Notes under the pieces: generated by a model
Told to the model about the DNA's origin: nothing
Database searches by the model: none
The model's input: only the letters and a program-made list of their open reading frames with translations
Program-made: the position numbers and the translations under genes
NCBI GenBank assembly: GCA_965197805.1
Contig: OZ240229.1
Coordinates: forward strand, 1,295,823 to 1,359,822
Length of the DNA stretch: 64,000 nucleotides
Source: Dehalococcoidia bacterium
Lineage (GTDB): Bacteria > Chloroflexota > Dehalococcoidia > Lucifugimonadales > JAAXIE01
Direction of reading: 5' to 3'
Shown: piece by piece, positions 47,390 through 57,469 of the stretch
Layout of the letters: every line of letters begins with the position of its first letter
Numbering within the stretch: the first letter of the stretch is position 1

Positions 47390-48443
47390 TGTGTTCCGTC
47401 ATGTCTTCTGCCAGCCGGGCCCACAGGGCGGACGCGTTAATCACGACCAGAATCCGGACCACAATCACCGGCGCGCTCGGCACTTGCGCTCGAAAGCCGG
47501 TAGGCCGGTAAGCCCGTCCCGAGACTTCTCCGCTGCTGCTGGTGCGTCCAGCGTCGGGGACATAGGTGTCTCAGAATTGGCCTCGAGCTTGCGGGAGAGG
47601 CTGAGTGGCGATACTCGCTGTGGCTGTGGAAATGGGGGCGGCGATATGTCGCATCCGGTGCGAGGTTTTTGTATCTGTAGCATGTCGCATTTGTCTCAAC
47701 GTTGGAACGGGCGGATACGTTTTGTGCCAGTTTGGTGCGGCGTTCCGACCGCACGGGAGTGGCGTGGGGTGGTCGTCATGCAGGCTTGCCTGTGCTCGGG
47801 TAGAGGTTGCTGGTAATGACCATCCTGGTCATTCACTCTCCTTCTTCATCCGATGGGGCTTTATCCAGTTTATCCTGCGGATGTGGCCGCTGGGGCGTCG
47901 ATGGGCTGGTCTCATGGACTGGCGTCCATTGTACCAGCAGGGTGTGGGCGGGCCTTCAATGGGGGCTTGTCATAGCTACAGGGCATGGCTGCGGGGTTTG
48001 CCTGGGGAATTGCTCATGGCGTTGGGGGCCATGTAAGACGATGAAAATGGGGTGCGTTCATCTACGGGGGCGCGACTTGGCGCACGGTCAGGGCCGTGGG
48101 TCTCCGCCTTCGCGGGATGACGGGGGGCCGTCTGCTGAAGCCCCGTGCGTTCGCCAACTTAATTTCCCATATTTGGGAGTCTTCCGACTCATGGTGCATC
48201 CCAAACGAGATGGTAGCAGCATAATCAGGGCTTGCAAAGCCGGACACACCCGGTCTGGCAAGATAGGGAGTACGATTGCCGTCGTGGGCCACACTTGAGG
48301 ATGCCCTCTACGATACCGAGAGGTGTGCCGGAGCGAGTGTTGGCCAGCGTGGGCTATCCGCCAGTCATTGACTTGAAGGAAGGGACTGTTTTAGCGTAAG
48401 ACTGCCGCCTCCCGACCAGTCGCGTGATCCGGGAACTAAGGAG

Positions 48444-49322
48444 ATGAACTTGTCCAAGACACTCCGTCTTCAGGTATCGATCATAATGTTGATGATGGGT
48501 GTCCTGTTGCTCGCCGCCGCGTGTGGAGCGGACCCAACGCCCACGGCGGCACTGACCCCAACGCCCACGGCGGCACTGACCCCAACGCCCACCGCTGCGC
48601 CGACCCCAACGCCCACCGCTGCGCCGACTCCCGTGCCCACCGCTGCGCCGACTCCCGTGCCCACCGCTGCACCGACTCTCACGGCAACCCCGCAGTTGTC
48701 GGTGGATGATTTGCTTTCAAGCGCGGGGGCAAAACTGGCCGCCATGTCGACAGCAAAGTTCCAGTTGGTCGACGAACTCGAATCGGGAACCAAGTTCTTT
48801 GGGACCACTTTCAAGCGCTTGGAAGGAGAGGTGAAAACTCCCGACAGCTTCAGGATGCGGGTGGACGTCGTATCTCCGGGTTTTGGATTTGTGGAAATAG
48901 GTATGATGGCCATCGGGGACCAAGCATACATACAGTTCTCCGAGGACGCTCCATGGGTCCCTCTGCCCCTTGAGCAGGTGCCCTTTGATTTCGGTGGGAT
49001 CGGTGTGGCTCTGAGCGAACTGCTGCCAAACATCAAGGACGCGGCCATTGTAGGACAGGAGTCGCTCGGTGGCACGCAGACCATCCGGGTGGAGGGGAAC
49101 GTTACCTCCGAGGACCTGTTGGACCTCATCAAATCCGTGGGTTCGGGTCATGCCGTCATATTGACCCTGTGGATTGAGGCTGATGGGCATATTTTGCAGC
49201 AAATGAGGATAGGGGGCCAGATCTTCGACGACGACGCACCGGAAACCACGCGTCTGCTGACCATCGAAGGCATCGACATCCCGGTTGACATCCAACTTCC
49301 CGATATAGCTTCTGGACCGTGA
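48444..49322 (+). CDS. LprG/LppX-like (LolA-fold) lipoprotein with a Pro/Thr/Ala repeat linker
   Basis: Lipobox 'LLAAAC', then a 48-aa PTPTAA repeat, then a domain resembling LppX_LprAFG. GGAG SD at 48439. Directly upstream of an MFS gene. Confidence 0.5.
   Translation: MNLSKTLRLQVSIIMLMMGVLLLAAACGADPTPTAALTPTPTAALTPTPTAAPTPTPTAAPTPVPTAAPTPVPTAAPTLTATPQLSVDDLLSSAGAKLAAMSTAKFQLVDELESGTKFFGTTFKRLEGEVKTPDSFRMRVDVVSPGFGFVEIGMMAIGDQAYIQFSEDAPWVPLPLEQVPFDFGGIGVALSELLPNIKDAAIVGQESLGGTQTIRVEGNVTSEDLLDLIKSVGSGHAVILTLWIEADGHILQQMRIGGQIFDDDAPETTRLLTIEGIDIPVDIQLPDIASGP
48534..48677 (+). repeat. 6 x 24-bp in-frame tandem repeat
   Basis: The unit CCAACGCCCACGGCGGCACTGACC and variants are repeated six times head to tail. 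They encode (P-T/V-P-T-A-A-L/P-T)x6. Confidence 0.9.
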
Positions 49323-50782
49323 GTTCTGTCAGGTCGGGCCTCACCTCACTGGGGTCTTCTTCCTGGGTCGTCCTAGGGGTCCTCTGCTTGGGAGTTTTCT
49401 CGACCGCCCTGGACCAGACCGTGGTCGTCGCCGCCCTGCCTAGCGTAATGGAGGACCTCGAGATCCCCCTCACGGACCTGGACAAAGCATCCTGGATCGT
49501 AACCGGGTATCTGGTCAGCTACACAGTAGCCATGCCCTTGGCTGGGCGCCTGTCCGATGTCTATGGCCGCGTCAGGATGTTCCAGGTAGCGCTGCTCCTA
49601 TTCTCTGTAGGGTCGGGTTTCGTGGCGGTTGCGCCGGACTTTGCCTGGATTGTGCCCTCGCGGGTACTCCAAGCCATCGGAGGGGGCGCCACGGTCCCCA
49701 TCGGCTTGGCCATGGCGGTGGGAGCCGTCACCCCGGAGAGAAGGGGAGTTGCCTTGGGACTTGTGGCTGCCTCAGCTGAAGCAGGGTCCGTTTTGGGCCC
49801 CCTCTATGGAGGCGCCATTATCGAGTTGATTGACTGGCGGTGGATATTCTGGCTGGACATACCCCAGAGCTTCATCCTGATAGGGCTTCTCGCCATCATA
49901 CCGAACCGAGCCAACCCCGCTGCTAGGATGGACTATTTCGGAGCCTTGGCTCTGGGAGGGGCCCTCACCGTCCTGACCCTGGCGCTTTCCCAAAGAAGTC
50001 TTTTTTCAGGGGAGTCCATCATCCCCTATGTGATGGCCGCCTTTGGGGTCTTCTTGGTCGCTGCATTGATTGTGGTAGAGAGACGGGCAGTCCAGCCTCT
50101 GCTAGCATCTTTCCTGTACTGCTCTAGGGCGTTCTTGTCTTCCAACATGACCCAGTTTCTGGTGGGGGTTGCCTTGATCATTTCCTTGGTAACCGTGCCC
50201 CTGATGGCCGGTACCGTCATGGAAAAAAGTGCTTGGCAGAGCGCCCTCCAATTGGTGCGTCTTACTGCCGCCATTCCGGTGGGAGCGGTGGTGGGAGGTT
50301 ACATCCTGCGTTGGGCGGGAGTCAGGGCGGTGTGCATAACCGGCCTTGGACTGATAGGAGTGGGCCTACTGATAATGAGCGGTTGGGAGACTGAGGTGGA
50401 CGAAGTCAGGCTATCGTTACCTCTAGCCTCCGCGGGCTTGGGATTTGGGCTTGTCATCCCCGCCATTAGCGTCAGCGCTCTAAGCGCGGCACCCAGCCAC
50501 TATTGGGGAGCGGCCGCCTCGTTGGTTACCGCATCGCGAATGGTGGGGATGGCGTTGGGGCTGGCGGCCTTGTCCGCTTGGGGTATAGAGCGCTTCTACA
50601 GCCTGACTGCCCATGTGACGATTGGATCGACGTTCGAGGAGACTGAAGCCCCCCTAATAGAAGCCGGCGTGACGGTGTTCCAGAACCTCTTCATGATCGC
50701 GGGTTTCCTGTCTTTGCTTGCCATTCTGCCGGCCTTACTGATGAGAATTGACGATGTCAAAGAAGAGGAGGACTTCATCTAA
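49319..50782 (+). CDS. MFS efflux transporter (DHA2-like, about 14 TM)
   Basis: 487-aa hydrophobic ORF with 'LDQTVVVAALPSV' and 'GRLSDVYGR' MFS motifs. The GTG start overlaps the lipoprotein stop by 4 nt. Confidence 0.8.
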   Translation: MSSVRSGLTSLGSSSWVVLGVLCLGVFSTALDQTVVVAALPSVMEDLEIPLTDLDKASWIVTGYLVSYTVAMPLAGRLSDVYGRVRMFQVALLLFSVGSGFVAVAPDFAWIVPSRVLQAIGGGATVPIGLAMAVGAVTPERRGVALGLVAASAEAGSVLGPLYGGAIIELIDWRWIFWLDIPQSFILIGLLAIIPNRANPAARMDYFGALALGGALTVLTLALSQRSLFSGESIIPYVMAAFGVFLVAALIVVERRAVQPLLASFLYCSRAFLSSNMTQFLVGVALIISLVTVPLMAGTVMEKSAWQSALQLVRLTAAIPVGAVVGGYILRWAGVRAVCITGLGLIGVGLLIMSGWETEVDEVRLSLPLASAGLGFGLVIPAISVSALSAAPSHYWGAAASLVTASRMVGMALGLAALSAWGIERFYSLTAHVTIGSTFEETEAPLIEAGVTVFQNLFMIAGFLSLLAILPALLMRIDDVKEEEDFI

Positions 50783-51566
50783 GGCTGTTCACCTGTGAGA
50801 TGGTGTAAGAGCCTGTGGTCTCACCGAGTCATCATCTGACGACACGACAAGATCGTACTCGCCAGACTCCGGGCTCTCCACGAGACACGGTGAGGTTGCC
50901 GGCAACGTTTCCTAGGTCGCCACTATCAGATGCGTCTCTTCCTCCTTGCTTGGAAGATGTAGATGTCGGCTTGTCTGGGCTCATCCACCGCGTCCTCCAC
51001 GCTTCCAGCCACCCGTATTGGTATACGAACCTCCTCGCCGACGGACAATTGGGAGGCGGAGGAACCTCTAAGAGTAGACGTGGCCGCATCTCCACCTGAG
51101 CCGAAACGTCTCCGCAAGCGGAAGGGCGACGGCAGCGAGCAGAACCCCTAGGAGGATCCCGAGTGACCCTAACGCCAAAAGCCTCCTGACGGCGAATACC
51201 CACTTGTTGAGGGCGCAGAACCTCAAATGGGGCGTCGGGGGATGGCTGAGCCTTGTACGTGATCGCTCTTCCTTGAGAAGTGTTCGGATGGGAGAGGTCA
51301 GTCGATGACAAGGGCAGCCTTATTGTCCTCACGGTGAGTGGCGAGACCTCCGGCTTCAATGCCATGTCGTTGCTGAACCCGCTGTTTAGAGCTGTCTGCT
51401 GAAGATGCCCAGTTCAATCTCGGCCATGTCCAGCGAGCTTCAGTGCTTGGGGGAGAGCGATGGAGCCGAGCAGGTTCTCGAGCCCAGCGGGGTGAGTGAG
51501 GTATGTTCGGTGAAGGGTGGAAGGTGGCGGATGGTATAATCTTCGAATTCGAATGCGAGGTGGGAG

Positions 51567-52484
51567 ATGCCTCTGGACCCCCAAGCTCTGACCGTCATCG
51601 AAAGAAGGGATGCCTCAATCCAGCCTCCCCTAGGCCCGGACGCATCGTTGGCAGACCGGAGGGAGCGCTTCAACCAGACTTGGCGTGAGCCGGGGCCTGA
51701 GGTGGGTAGTGTGGAAGACCGGCTGCTGCCGGGGCCACGGGGCGACATACCTGTCCGCATCTATACGCCTTCAGGCAGCGGCCCGTTCCCCATCCTGATG
51801 TTGTTCCATGGCGGAGGGTTCGTATTCGGGAACATCGACACCTACGATGGGAACGCGCGGCGCATCTGCGTGGGGGTAGGCTGCGTTGTGGTCAGCGTGG
51901 AATACCGGGTTGCGCCAGAGAATAAGTTTCCTGCTGCTCCTGAGGACTGCTACAGCACCATACTATGGGCAGCCGAGAACGCAGCGAGTATCAATGGGGA
52001 TGCTCGCAGAATTGCCGTGTGTGGCGACAGTGCGGGGGGGAATCTCTCCACGGTGGCATGCATGATGGCCCGGGACAAGAGGGGCCCGGAGATACGATTT
52101 CAATCACTGCGCTGCCCAGTGACCCACCGCAACTTCGAGCCTCTCACCGTCGATCGAGAACTGACCCCCGCGAGCAGCAGGGACTGGTGGTGGAAGCAGT
52201 ATCTTGCCGATGAGGCCGACGCCGAAAACCCCTACGCCAGCCCCATGGCCTCCGAGGATCTCGCCGGGCTGCCCCCAGCCTTGATTATCACCGCGGAGTA
52301 CGACGAGTTGCGTGACGAGGGGGAGGCCTACGCCCAGATGCTTCAGAAAGCGGGCGTACCGGCCACCTGTGTGCGGTACGAGGGAATGTTCCACGTATTC
52401 CACATGTACCCCGCCTACATCCACAAGGCCAAGGAGGCCTTGGAGCAAGAATTCCGTATGCTGAGGGATGCTTTCGCTGGTTAG
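51567..52484 (+). CDS. Alpha/beta hydrolase, hormone-sensitive-lipase-type esterase
   Basis: 'HGGGF' oxyanion motif and 'GDSAGGNL' nucleophile elbow. Confidence 0.85.
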   Translation: MPLDPQALTVIERRDASIQPPLGPDASLADRRERFNQTWREPGPEVGSVEDRLLPGPRGDIPVRIYTPSGSGPFPILMLFHGGGFVFGNIDTYDGNARRICVGVGCVVVSVEYRVAPENKFPAAPEDCYSTILWAAENAASINGDARRIAVCGDSAGGNLSTVACMMARDKRGPEIRFQSLRCPVTHRNFEPLTVDRELTPASSRDWWWKQYLADEADAENPYASPMASEDLAGLPPALIITAEYDELRDEGEAYAQMLQKAGVPATCVRYEGMFHVFHMYPAYIHKAKEALEQEFRMLRDAFAG

Positions 52485-52500
52485 GCCGTGTAGCGCTCGC

Positions 52501-52890
52501 TCAGGCTTGGGTCACGGCTATGCCTTCGATTTCGATCATGTAGTCGGGGAAGGCTAGCGACTTCACTTCAACGAGGGTTCCGGCTGCGGGGTTGGCCTTG
52601 TTGATGTACTTGTCCCGCACTTCCTGGAACTCGTTCAGCTTGCTGACGTCGGTCACGTAGGCGGTGTACTGGACCATGTCGGCCATGGTGGCGCCCACTT
52701 CCTCCAAGGCAATCCTGATTCTCTCGAAGACGCGTTCGGTCTGACCGCGCATGTCGCCGACGCACACCACTTGACGGTTGGCGTCCACAGCCACATGGCC
52801 CTGTAGGAAAATCATGTTTCCTACTTTGACGCCACGGGCGCCATCGTCGCCGTCGCCAAGTTTCTGACTTCTGATTACTGTTTTGGCCAT
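52501..52890 (-). CDS. RidA/YjgF-family deaminase
   Basis: ATG at 52890 follows AGGAG. 'GDMRGQTERVFERI', 'YTAYVTD' and 'PAAGTLVEVKSLA'. The track ORF extends to 52998. Confidence 0.8.
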   Translation of the reverse strand: MAKTVIRSQKLGDGDDGARGVKVGNMIFLQGHVAVDANRQVVCVGDMRGQTERVFERIRIALEEVGATMADMVQYTAYVTDVSKLNEFQEVRDKYINKANPAAGTLVEVKSLAFPDYMIEIEGIAVTQA

Positions 52891-53363
52891 AAAGACACTC
52901 CTAGTTCTGATGAGGCTGGGGAGCATGTCCGGTTCCGAGAGACCAGAAGGCGCGCCGAGTATAGCATCGCCCCTTTGCGCCCTGCTACTGTGGGTCATGC
53001 AGTATACCTGTGTAGGGTTGATGGACGGGGTTGTGCCAGAGTTTTTGGCGGCAGAGTGCTGGTGGAGTGGCAGAATTATATCTGGGGAAGGTTGGATGGA
53101 TGGGACCTCACAGTCGAGGCCTGGAGCTTGAAAAAGCGCTCATTGCCGGCCCCCCTTAAACCCTGCTGATATAATGTGGCGAGTCCATCGATGGGATGGG
53201 CACCGCCACACATAGGCAGAGTGGCGCCGCTCGCCTTTAAGTACCTCTTTCTATTGAGCCGGGGCCTGTCACTTAGGCCTCCTGGATTCCGGCTCAAGGC
53301 TGGAATGATTGTCGAAGGCTGCCCTGACTCCTGATTTTTGTCAGTACATCGAAGGAGCTGTCC

Positions 53364-53984
53364 TTGATCTACGAGATGCGCACCGACACCTTTGCCCAAC
53401 ATAACGATGCTGTCGACTTCGTGGCGAAGTTGGGCGGGGTTATCGAACACCGCACTACGTTCTCTCCGCTGGGGGCCTTGTGGCTTTCGGAGATAGGCAC
53501 CCTCAACCAAGTGATCCACGTCTGGCCTTACGAGGACCTGCAGCACCGTAATGAGGTGCGGGCTGCCGTGGCTGCAGATGGCAATTGGCCCCCTCCGGGC
53601 ATTACGGGGCTGCTGGGGGAATATGTGGAGATACTGAACCCAGTGCCCTTCATGCGCCCTTGGGATGGCGTTCAGGAGTTGGGCAACTTCTATGAGATGC
53701 GGAGCTATGTCTGTAAGCCGGGGAGCATTCGTGAGATGGTCCGTCTTTGGGGCGAGTTCTTTCCCGAGCGGGAGAATTACTCCCCGCTGGCGGCCTGCTG
53801 GTATACCGAGTTCGGCACCCAGTTCAAGTGGATAAGCGTCTGGGCCTATACCAGCCTCGATGAGCGAGCCCGGATCAGGGCCGAGGCTGCGAAGCACGGG
53901 GCTTGGCCCCCCAATACGGGACACATGATGATGCGTCAGGAAAACCGGATATTGACCCCGGCATCGTTTTCTCCGATGCGCTAG
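53364..53984 (+). CDS. NIPSNAP-family protein (two NIPSNAP domains)
   Basis: 'IYEMRTDTF...GTLNQVIHVWPYEDLQHR' and a second 'FYEMRSYVCKPG...KWISVWAYTSLDER'. Confidence 0.7.
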   Translation: MIYEMRTDTFAQHNDAVDFVAKLGGVIEHRTTFSPLGALWLSEIGTLNQVIHVWPYEDLQHRNEVRAAVAADGNWPPPGITGLLGEYVEILNPVPFMRPWDGVQELGNFYEMRSYVCKPGSIREMVRLWGEFFPERENYSPLAACWYTEFGTQFKWISVWAYTSLDERARIRAEAAKHGAWPPNTGHMMMRQENRILTPASFSPMR

Positions 53985-54074
53985 GGCCAATGCATCGAAA
54001 GCTCCATAAGTTGAAAGACCCGATAAGTCGAAAGGCTCCATGCGCTGACTATTCTACCGACGGAGGCTACCATC

Positions 54075-55070
54075 ATGGCTTTGGATATCACCTTTGCCTG
54101 CAACCTGTACGACCGTACCGTTGCCCTGCAGAACGGGACCGTCCGGCCCAACGGCATTGATCTACACTACCTGCTGATGAACAACGTGGGCGAGATTTTC
54201 CGGCGCCAAGCGCGCTTTGCCGAGTTCGATGCCTGCGAGATGTCGTTGTGCACCTACAGCACGTTGCACGCCCAAGGCGACCGTCGCATGATCGCCATCC
54301 CCGTCTTTCCTTCCCGCAAGTTCCGGCACTCGGAGATATTCATTAACACCAACTCCGGCATCAAGGAGCCCAAAGACCTGATCGGTAAACGCATGGGTGT
54401 ACACGAGTACCTGCAGACCGCGGGCATCTGGCAGAGGGCGCATCTGCAAGAGCACGGGGTGGGTCTGGACCAGATGGACTGGTATTTCGGGCCAATGACC
54501 AGCCCCGAACCTAACTACCGTGAGCGTATAAGCATCGAGTTGCCAGCCTCGATGCGTACCCACTTCATCTCAGAAGACAAGTGGCTGGACAAGATGCTGG
54601 ATGACGGGGAGATCGACGCGGTGATGTGGGCCGCCGACCCGCCTTCTTTCGTGCGGCGCTCGCCCAATGTTGGCCGCCTCTTCCCCAACTACCAGGAGGT
54701 TGAGGCGGACTACTTCCGGCGTACCGGCATACTTCCGGTGATGCATACAGTCGTGATCAAGCGAGAGATATACGAACGTGCGCCATGGGTGGCATTGAGC
54801 CTCTGCCAAGCCTTTGTGGAGGCCAAGGCAGAGGCCATCGAGAGGCAACACAGCATGAGCGCGCTGTTCTCGATGATGCCTTGGATTGGGCCTCACCTAG
54901 AGCATCAGGAGTCAATCCTAGGTCCAGACCCCTTCATCTATGGGATGGAGGCCAACCGCGGGTTGCTGGAGACCTTCTTCCGTCACATGGAAGAGCAGGG
55001 ACTGACAAAGGGGCGTGTTACTCCCGAGGAGATATTCGCCCGCGAAACCCACGACGCGATTCTGCACTGA
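54075..55070 (+). CDS. PhtD-like (4,5-dihydroxyphthalate decarboxylase family) protein with a periplasmic-binding-protein fold
   Basis: 331-aa ORF with 'YDRTVALQNGTVRPNGIDL', 'FAEFDACEMSL' and 'VFPSRKFRHSEIFINT', matching the PhtD family pattern as I remember it. Confidence 0.5.
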   Translation: MALDITFACNLYDRTVALQNGTVRPNGIDLHYLLMNNVGEIFRRQARFAEFDACEMSLCTYSTLHAQGDRRMIAIPVFPSRKFRHSEIFINTNSGIKEPKDLIGKRMGVHEYLQTAGIWQRAHLQEHGVGLDQMDWYFGPMTSPEPNYRERISIELPASMRTHFISEDKWLDKMLDDGEIDAVMWAADPPSFVRRSPNVGRLFPNYQEVEADYFRRTGILPVMHTVVIKREIYERAPWVALSLCQAFVEAKAEAIERQHSMSALFSMMPWIGPHLEHQESILGPDPFIYGMEANRGLLETFFRHMEEQGLTKGRVTPEEIFARETHDAILH

Positions 55071-55080
55071 GGGTCGCACC

Positions 55081-56010
55081 TTACGAGGCGAGATCAGGCA
55101 TCACCTGTTTCGCGAACTGCTCCATGGCTTGCAAATAGCGGGTGAAGTCGGTCTCGGTGCTGCGGAGGATGAAGGTGTCGACTCCCGCCTCGGCGTATGT
55201 CTGCGCTTGGGCGGCCATATCGGTGGGCGAACCCTGCAGAGCCACTCGGTAGGCATCCGGGAGGGGCTGGTCGCCCAAGTGCATTGGAATGCCCAAGGCG
55301 GTGGGGAAGTCTTCAACCGGAAGTCCGTGGGAGTGTCGCATCTCCAGTAGGCGTTTCCTCTTCTCCGCCAGCTCATCGGGCGTCAGGCGTATGGGGTGCC
55401 AGCCATCGCCCAACAGGGCAGCGCGGCGCATGGCCGCAGGGCTGCCGCCCCCGACCCAGATGGGCGGGTTAGGGAGTTGGAGGGGACGGGGCAGGATCCT
55501 CGTACCTTCTACATGGTAGTGCTGGCCATGGAAGTTGAGCTCTTCGCCTGAGCAGACATCCTTGAACAGCCGGATGTGCTCGTCAGCTATGGAGCCACGG
55601 TCCTCAAAGCTGGCGTCCAAGGCCTCGAATTCCTCTCGGCACCAACCGGTACCGACGCCAAGGACGACGCGTCCACCGGACAGCACGTCCAACGTGGTGA
55701 GCATTTTGGCATTCAAAAGTGGCGGCCGGTAGGGGAGCACCTGCACTGCGACGCCCAGCCGCACCCTGCTGGTGATTCCGGCAAGATAGGCGAGGAGGGT
55801 GAATGACTCGTAGATATCGTGCTGGGAGGTGAACTCGGCCACGCCCGTCGAACTGCCCACATAGCGGGTCTCCGGTTGCACCGGGAGGGCTATGTGGTCG
55901 CCGACGAACAACCCGTAGTAGCCTGCTTCTTCGATGCGTCGGGCATAAGGCTCAATGGCCTCTGCCTTCGGGATACCCCCCAAGTTGGGGAGCATGGCAG
56001 CGAAACGCAT
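55081..56010 (-). CDS. LLM-class (possibly F420-dependent) oxidoreductase
   Basis: 309-aa ORF with 'MRFAAMLPN', 'GYYGLFVGDH' and 'GGRVVLGVGTGW'. Confidence 0.7.
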   Translation of the reverse strand: MRFAAMLPNLGGIPKAEAIEPYARRIEEAGYYGLFVGDHIALPVQPETRYVGSSTGVAEFTSQHDIYESFTLLAYLAGITSRVRLGVAVQVLPYRPPLLNAKMLTTLDVLSGGRVVLGVGTGWCREEFEALDASFEDRGSIADEHIRLFKDVCSGEELNFHGQHYHVEGTRILPRPLQLPNPPIWVGGGSPAAMRRAALLGDGWHPIRLTPDELAEKRKRLLEMRHSHGLPVEDFPTALGIPMHLGDQPLPDAYRVALQGSPTDMAAQAQTYAEAGVDTFILRSTETDFTRYLQAMEQFAKQVMPDLAS

Positions 56011-56046
56011 CTTAACCCACCTTACTCATGCTCGTGGCGCGTTCCT

Positions 56047-57396
56047 TTAGCTCTTGAGAAAGTCGAAATATGCACGCCCCGGCTTGCCGGGGACACGCGG
56101 ATTCAGCCTCGGCTCATAGGGCGCCGTTCCCATGAAGGGAGGATGCTGGTCCACATACTCCTGGGCCCAAGCGACTCCGGCCTTGTGCAACAGGTCTCGC
56201 TCTTCCTTTGGGGTCTCGGCCCGGGGAACGCGCCGCACCGTATCGTTGGTGTAGGTCGGTATTACCCCGTTCTGCCGGGGGACCTCTGGCGGGTCCTCCC
56301 CCATTGCCACTGCCCGGATTCTCTCACGGAACTTACCCCGCAACATGATAACCCCGCGGTCGGTGTCGGCCAAGTGCTCGAAATCATGCACGGCTATCGG
56401 GCGCTGGGTGACGATGGCAGACCCATCGCTGGGGTGTAGCTGTCTTTCCTCAAAAGGGTCGTCCCAGTCGGCCAACTCGCCCCACGAGCGGGGTGGCTCC
56501 GGCGCGTCGTCCGGGATGCGCTTCAGCGCGAAGGTGACGGAATGAGTATCGTCTATGGGCACAAACCACTCGGTGGTAGACCCAGGCCAGAAGGGATGTT
56601 CCGTAAGCCCGTCCTCTTCGTTGCGGTTGATCTGAGCGAGGTTGGGCAGGATGGAATCGGTCATGCGCAGCCAGATATTGTCGTCAACACGTCGTGCCGC
56701 TACGTATACCATCCCGGTGGGTGTGCTCAGGAAGTCTATAACGGGGATGGAGAGGAACCCTGTGGAAAACTGCACACCGCTAGTGCGAGCATGGAGGAAT
56801 GTAGTATGCACCGGGTCCATGATGTTCTCATAGTTTTGAAGCCAATTGCAGGGCGCCAGGTAGCCCCCATTGGGAACAAGGCGGGTGCCTGGAACTGCGA
56901 AAGTGTCGTAGATGGGGAATTCGGGACGCTTCTGAGGAGGCCCCATATAAGCGAAGATGAGGCCACTATACTCGTAGGTGGGGTAGGCGCCGTGGCACAG
57001 CCGGTCTTTGTAGGTGCTGTCGGGAGGCTCTCCCGGCGTATCCAGAATCCTTCCACCTACCCCAAACAGCCAGCCGTGGTAGCAGCACCTTATCCCTTCC
57101 TCCTCGACCTGCCCGTAGACCAGAGAGCTGCCACGGTGCGAACAGTGGAGCTCCACTAAGCCCAGTTTTCCGTTGCCAGCGCGGAAGAGCACAAGGTCTT
57201 CCCCTAGGACGCGTACTCCCATGGGCATATCGGTGAGATCCTCCGACAGGGCTATGGGATGCCAGAAACGGCGGAAGTATTCTCCGGCGGGGGTCCCCGG
57301 TCCGACCCGCGTGAGCTCCGGGTCTTCAGTTGGCACCTGGTTGTGGTGGTAGCCAGCGTATTCTTCGGTGAGAAAAGAGGTCTGCTTGGTCGCCAT
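56047..57396 (-). CDS. Rieske oxygenase alpha subunit (phthalate/KshA-like alpha-only type)
   Basis: 'CSHRGSSLVYG...CCYHGWLF'. ATG at 57396 follows GGAGG. The track ORF extends to 57435. Confidence 0.8.
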   Translation of the reverse strand: MATKQTSFLTEEYAGYHHNQVPTEDPELTRVGPGTPAGEYFRRFWHPIALSEDLTDMPMGVRVLGEDLVLFRAGNGKLGLVELHCSHRGSSLVYGQVEEEGIRCCYHGWLFGVGGRILDTPGEPPDSTYKDRLCHGAYPTYEYSGLIFAYMGPPQKRPEFPIYDTFAVPGTRLVPNGGYLAPCNWLQNYENIMDPVHTTFLHARTSGVQFSTGFLSIPVIDFLSTPTGMVYVAARRVDDNIWLRMTDSILPNLAQINRNEEDGLTEHPFWPGSTTEWFVPIDDTHSVTFALKRIPDDAPEPPRSWGELADWDDPFEERQLHPSDGSAIVTQRPIAVHDFEHLADTDRGVIMLRGKFRERIRAVAMGEDPPEVPRQNGVIPTYTNDTVRRVPRAETPKEERDLLHKAGVAWAQEYVDQHPPFMGTAPYEPRLNPRVPGKPGRAYFDFLKS

Positions 57397-57469
57397 AGAT
57401 TCGCCTCCATGTATCGTTCGTGCCAACCTTACCAACGTGAGGGAGGGTGGGCAAGTGGGAATTTGACGT

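Noticed and set aside
47990-48300. GC-rich structured-looking stretch tested as tmRNA, RNase P, SRP RNA or a cobalamin riboswitch
   Set aside because: None of the conserved cores I know could be found on either strand: the tRNA-like T-arm GGTTCGA, RNase P GAGGAAAGTCC, the SRP GGAAGCAGCC-type loop, or the B12 box.
48534-48677. Regular 24-bp repeats that could be mistaken for a CRISPR array
   Set aside because: The units are head to tail with no spacers. They are in frame inside a lipoprotein gene and encode a Pro/Thr/Ala linker.
50832-51365. 177-aa minus-strand ORF and overlapping plus-strand ORFs between the MFS and esterase genes
   Set aside because: No motifs are present, the composition is Pro/Arg/Ser-rich, and the competing frames are equally long. 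I treat this as intergenic.
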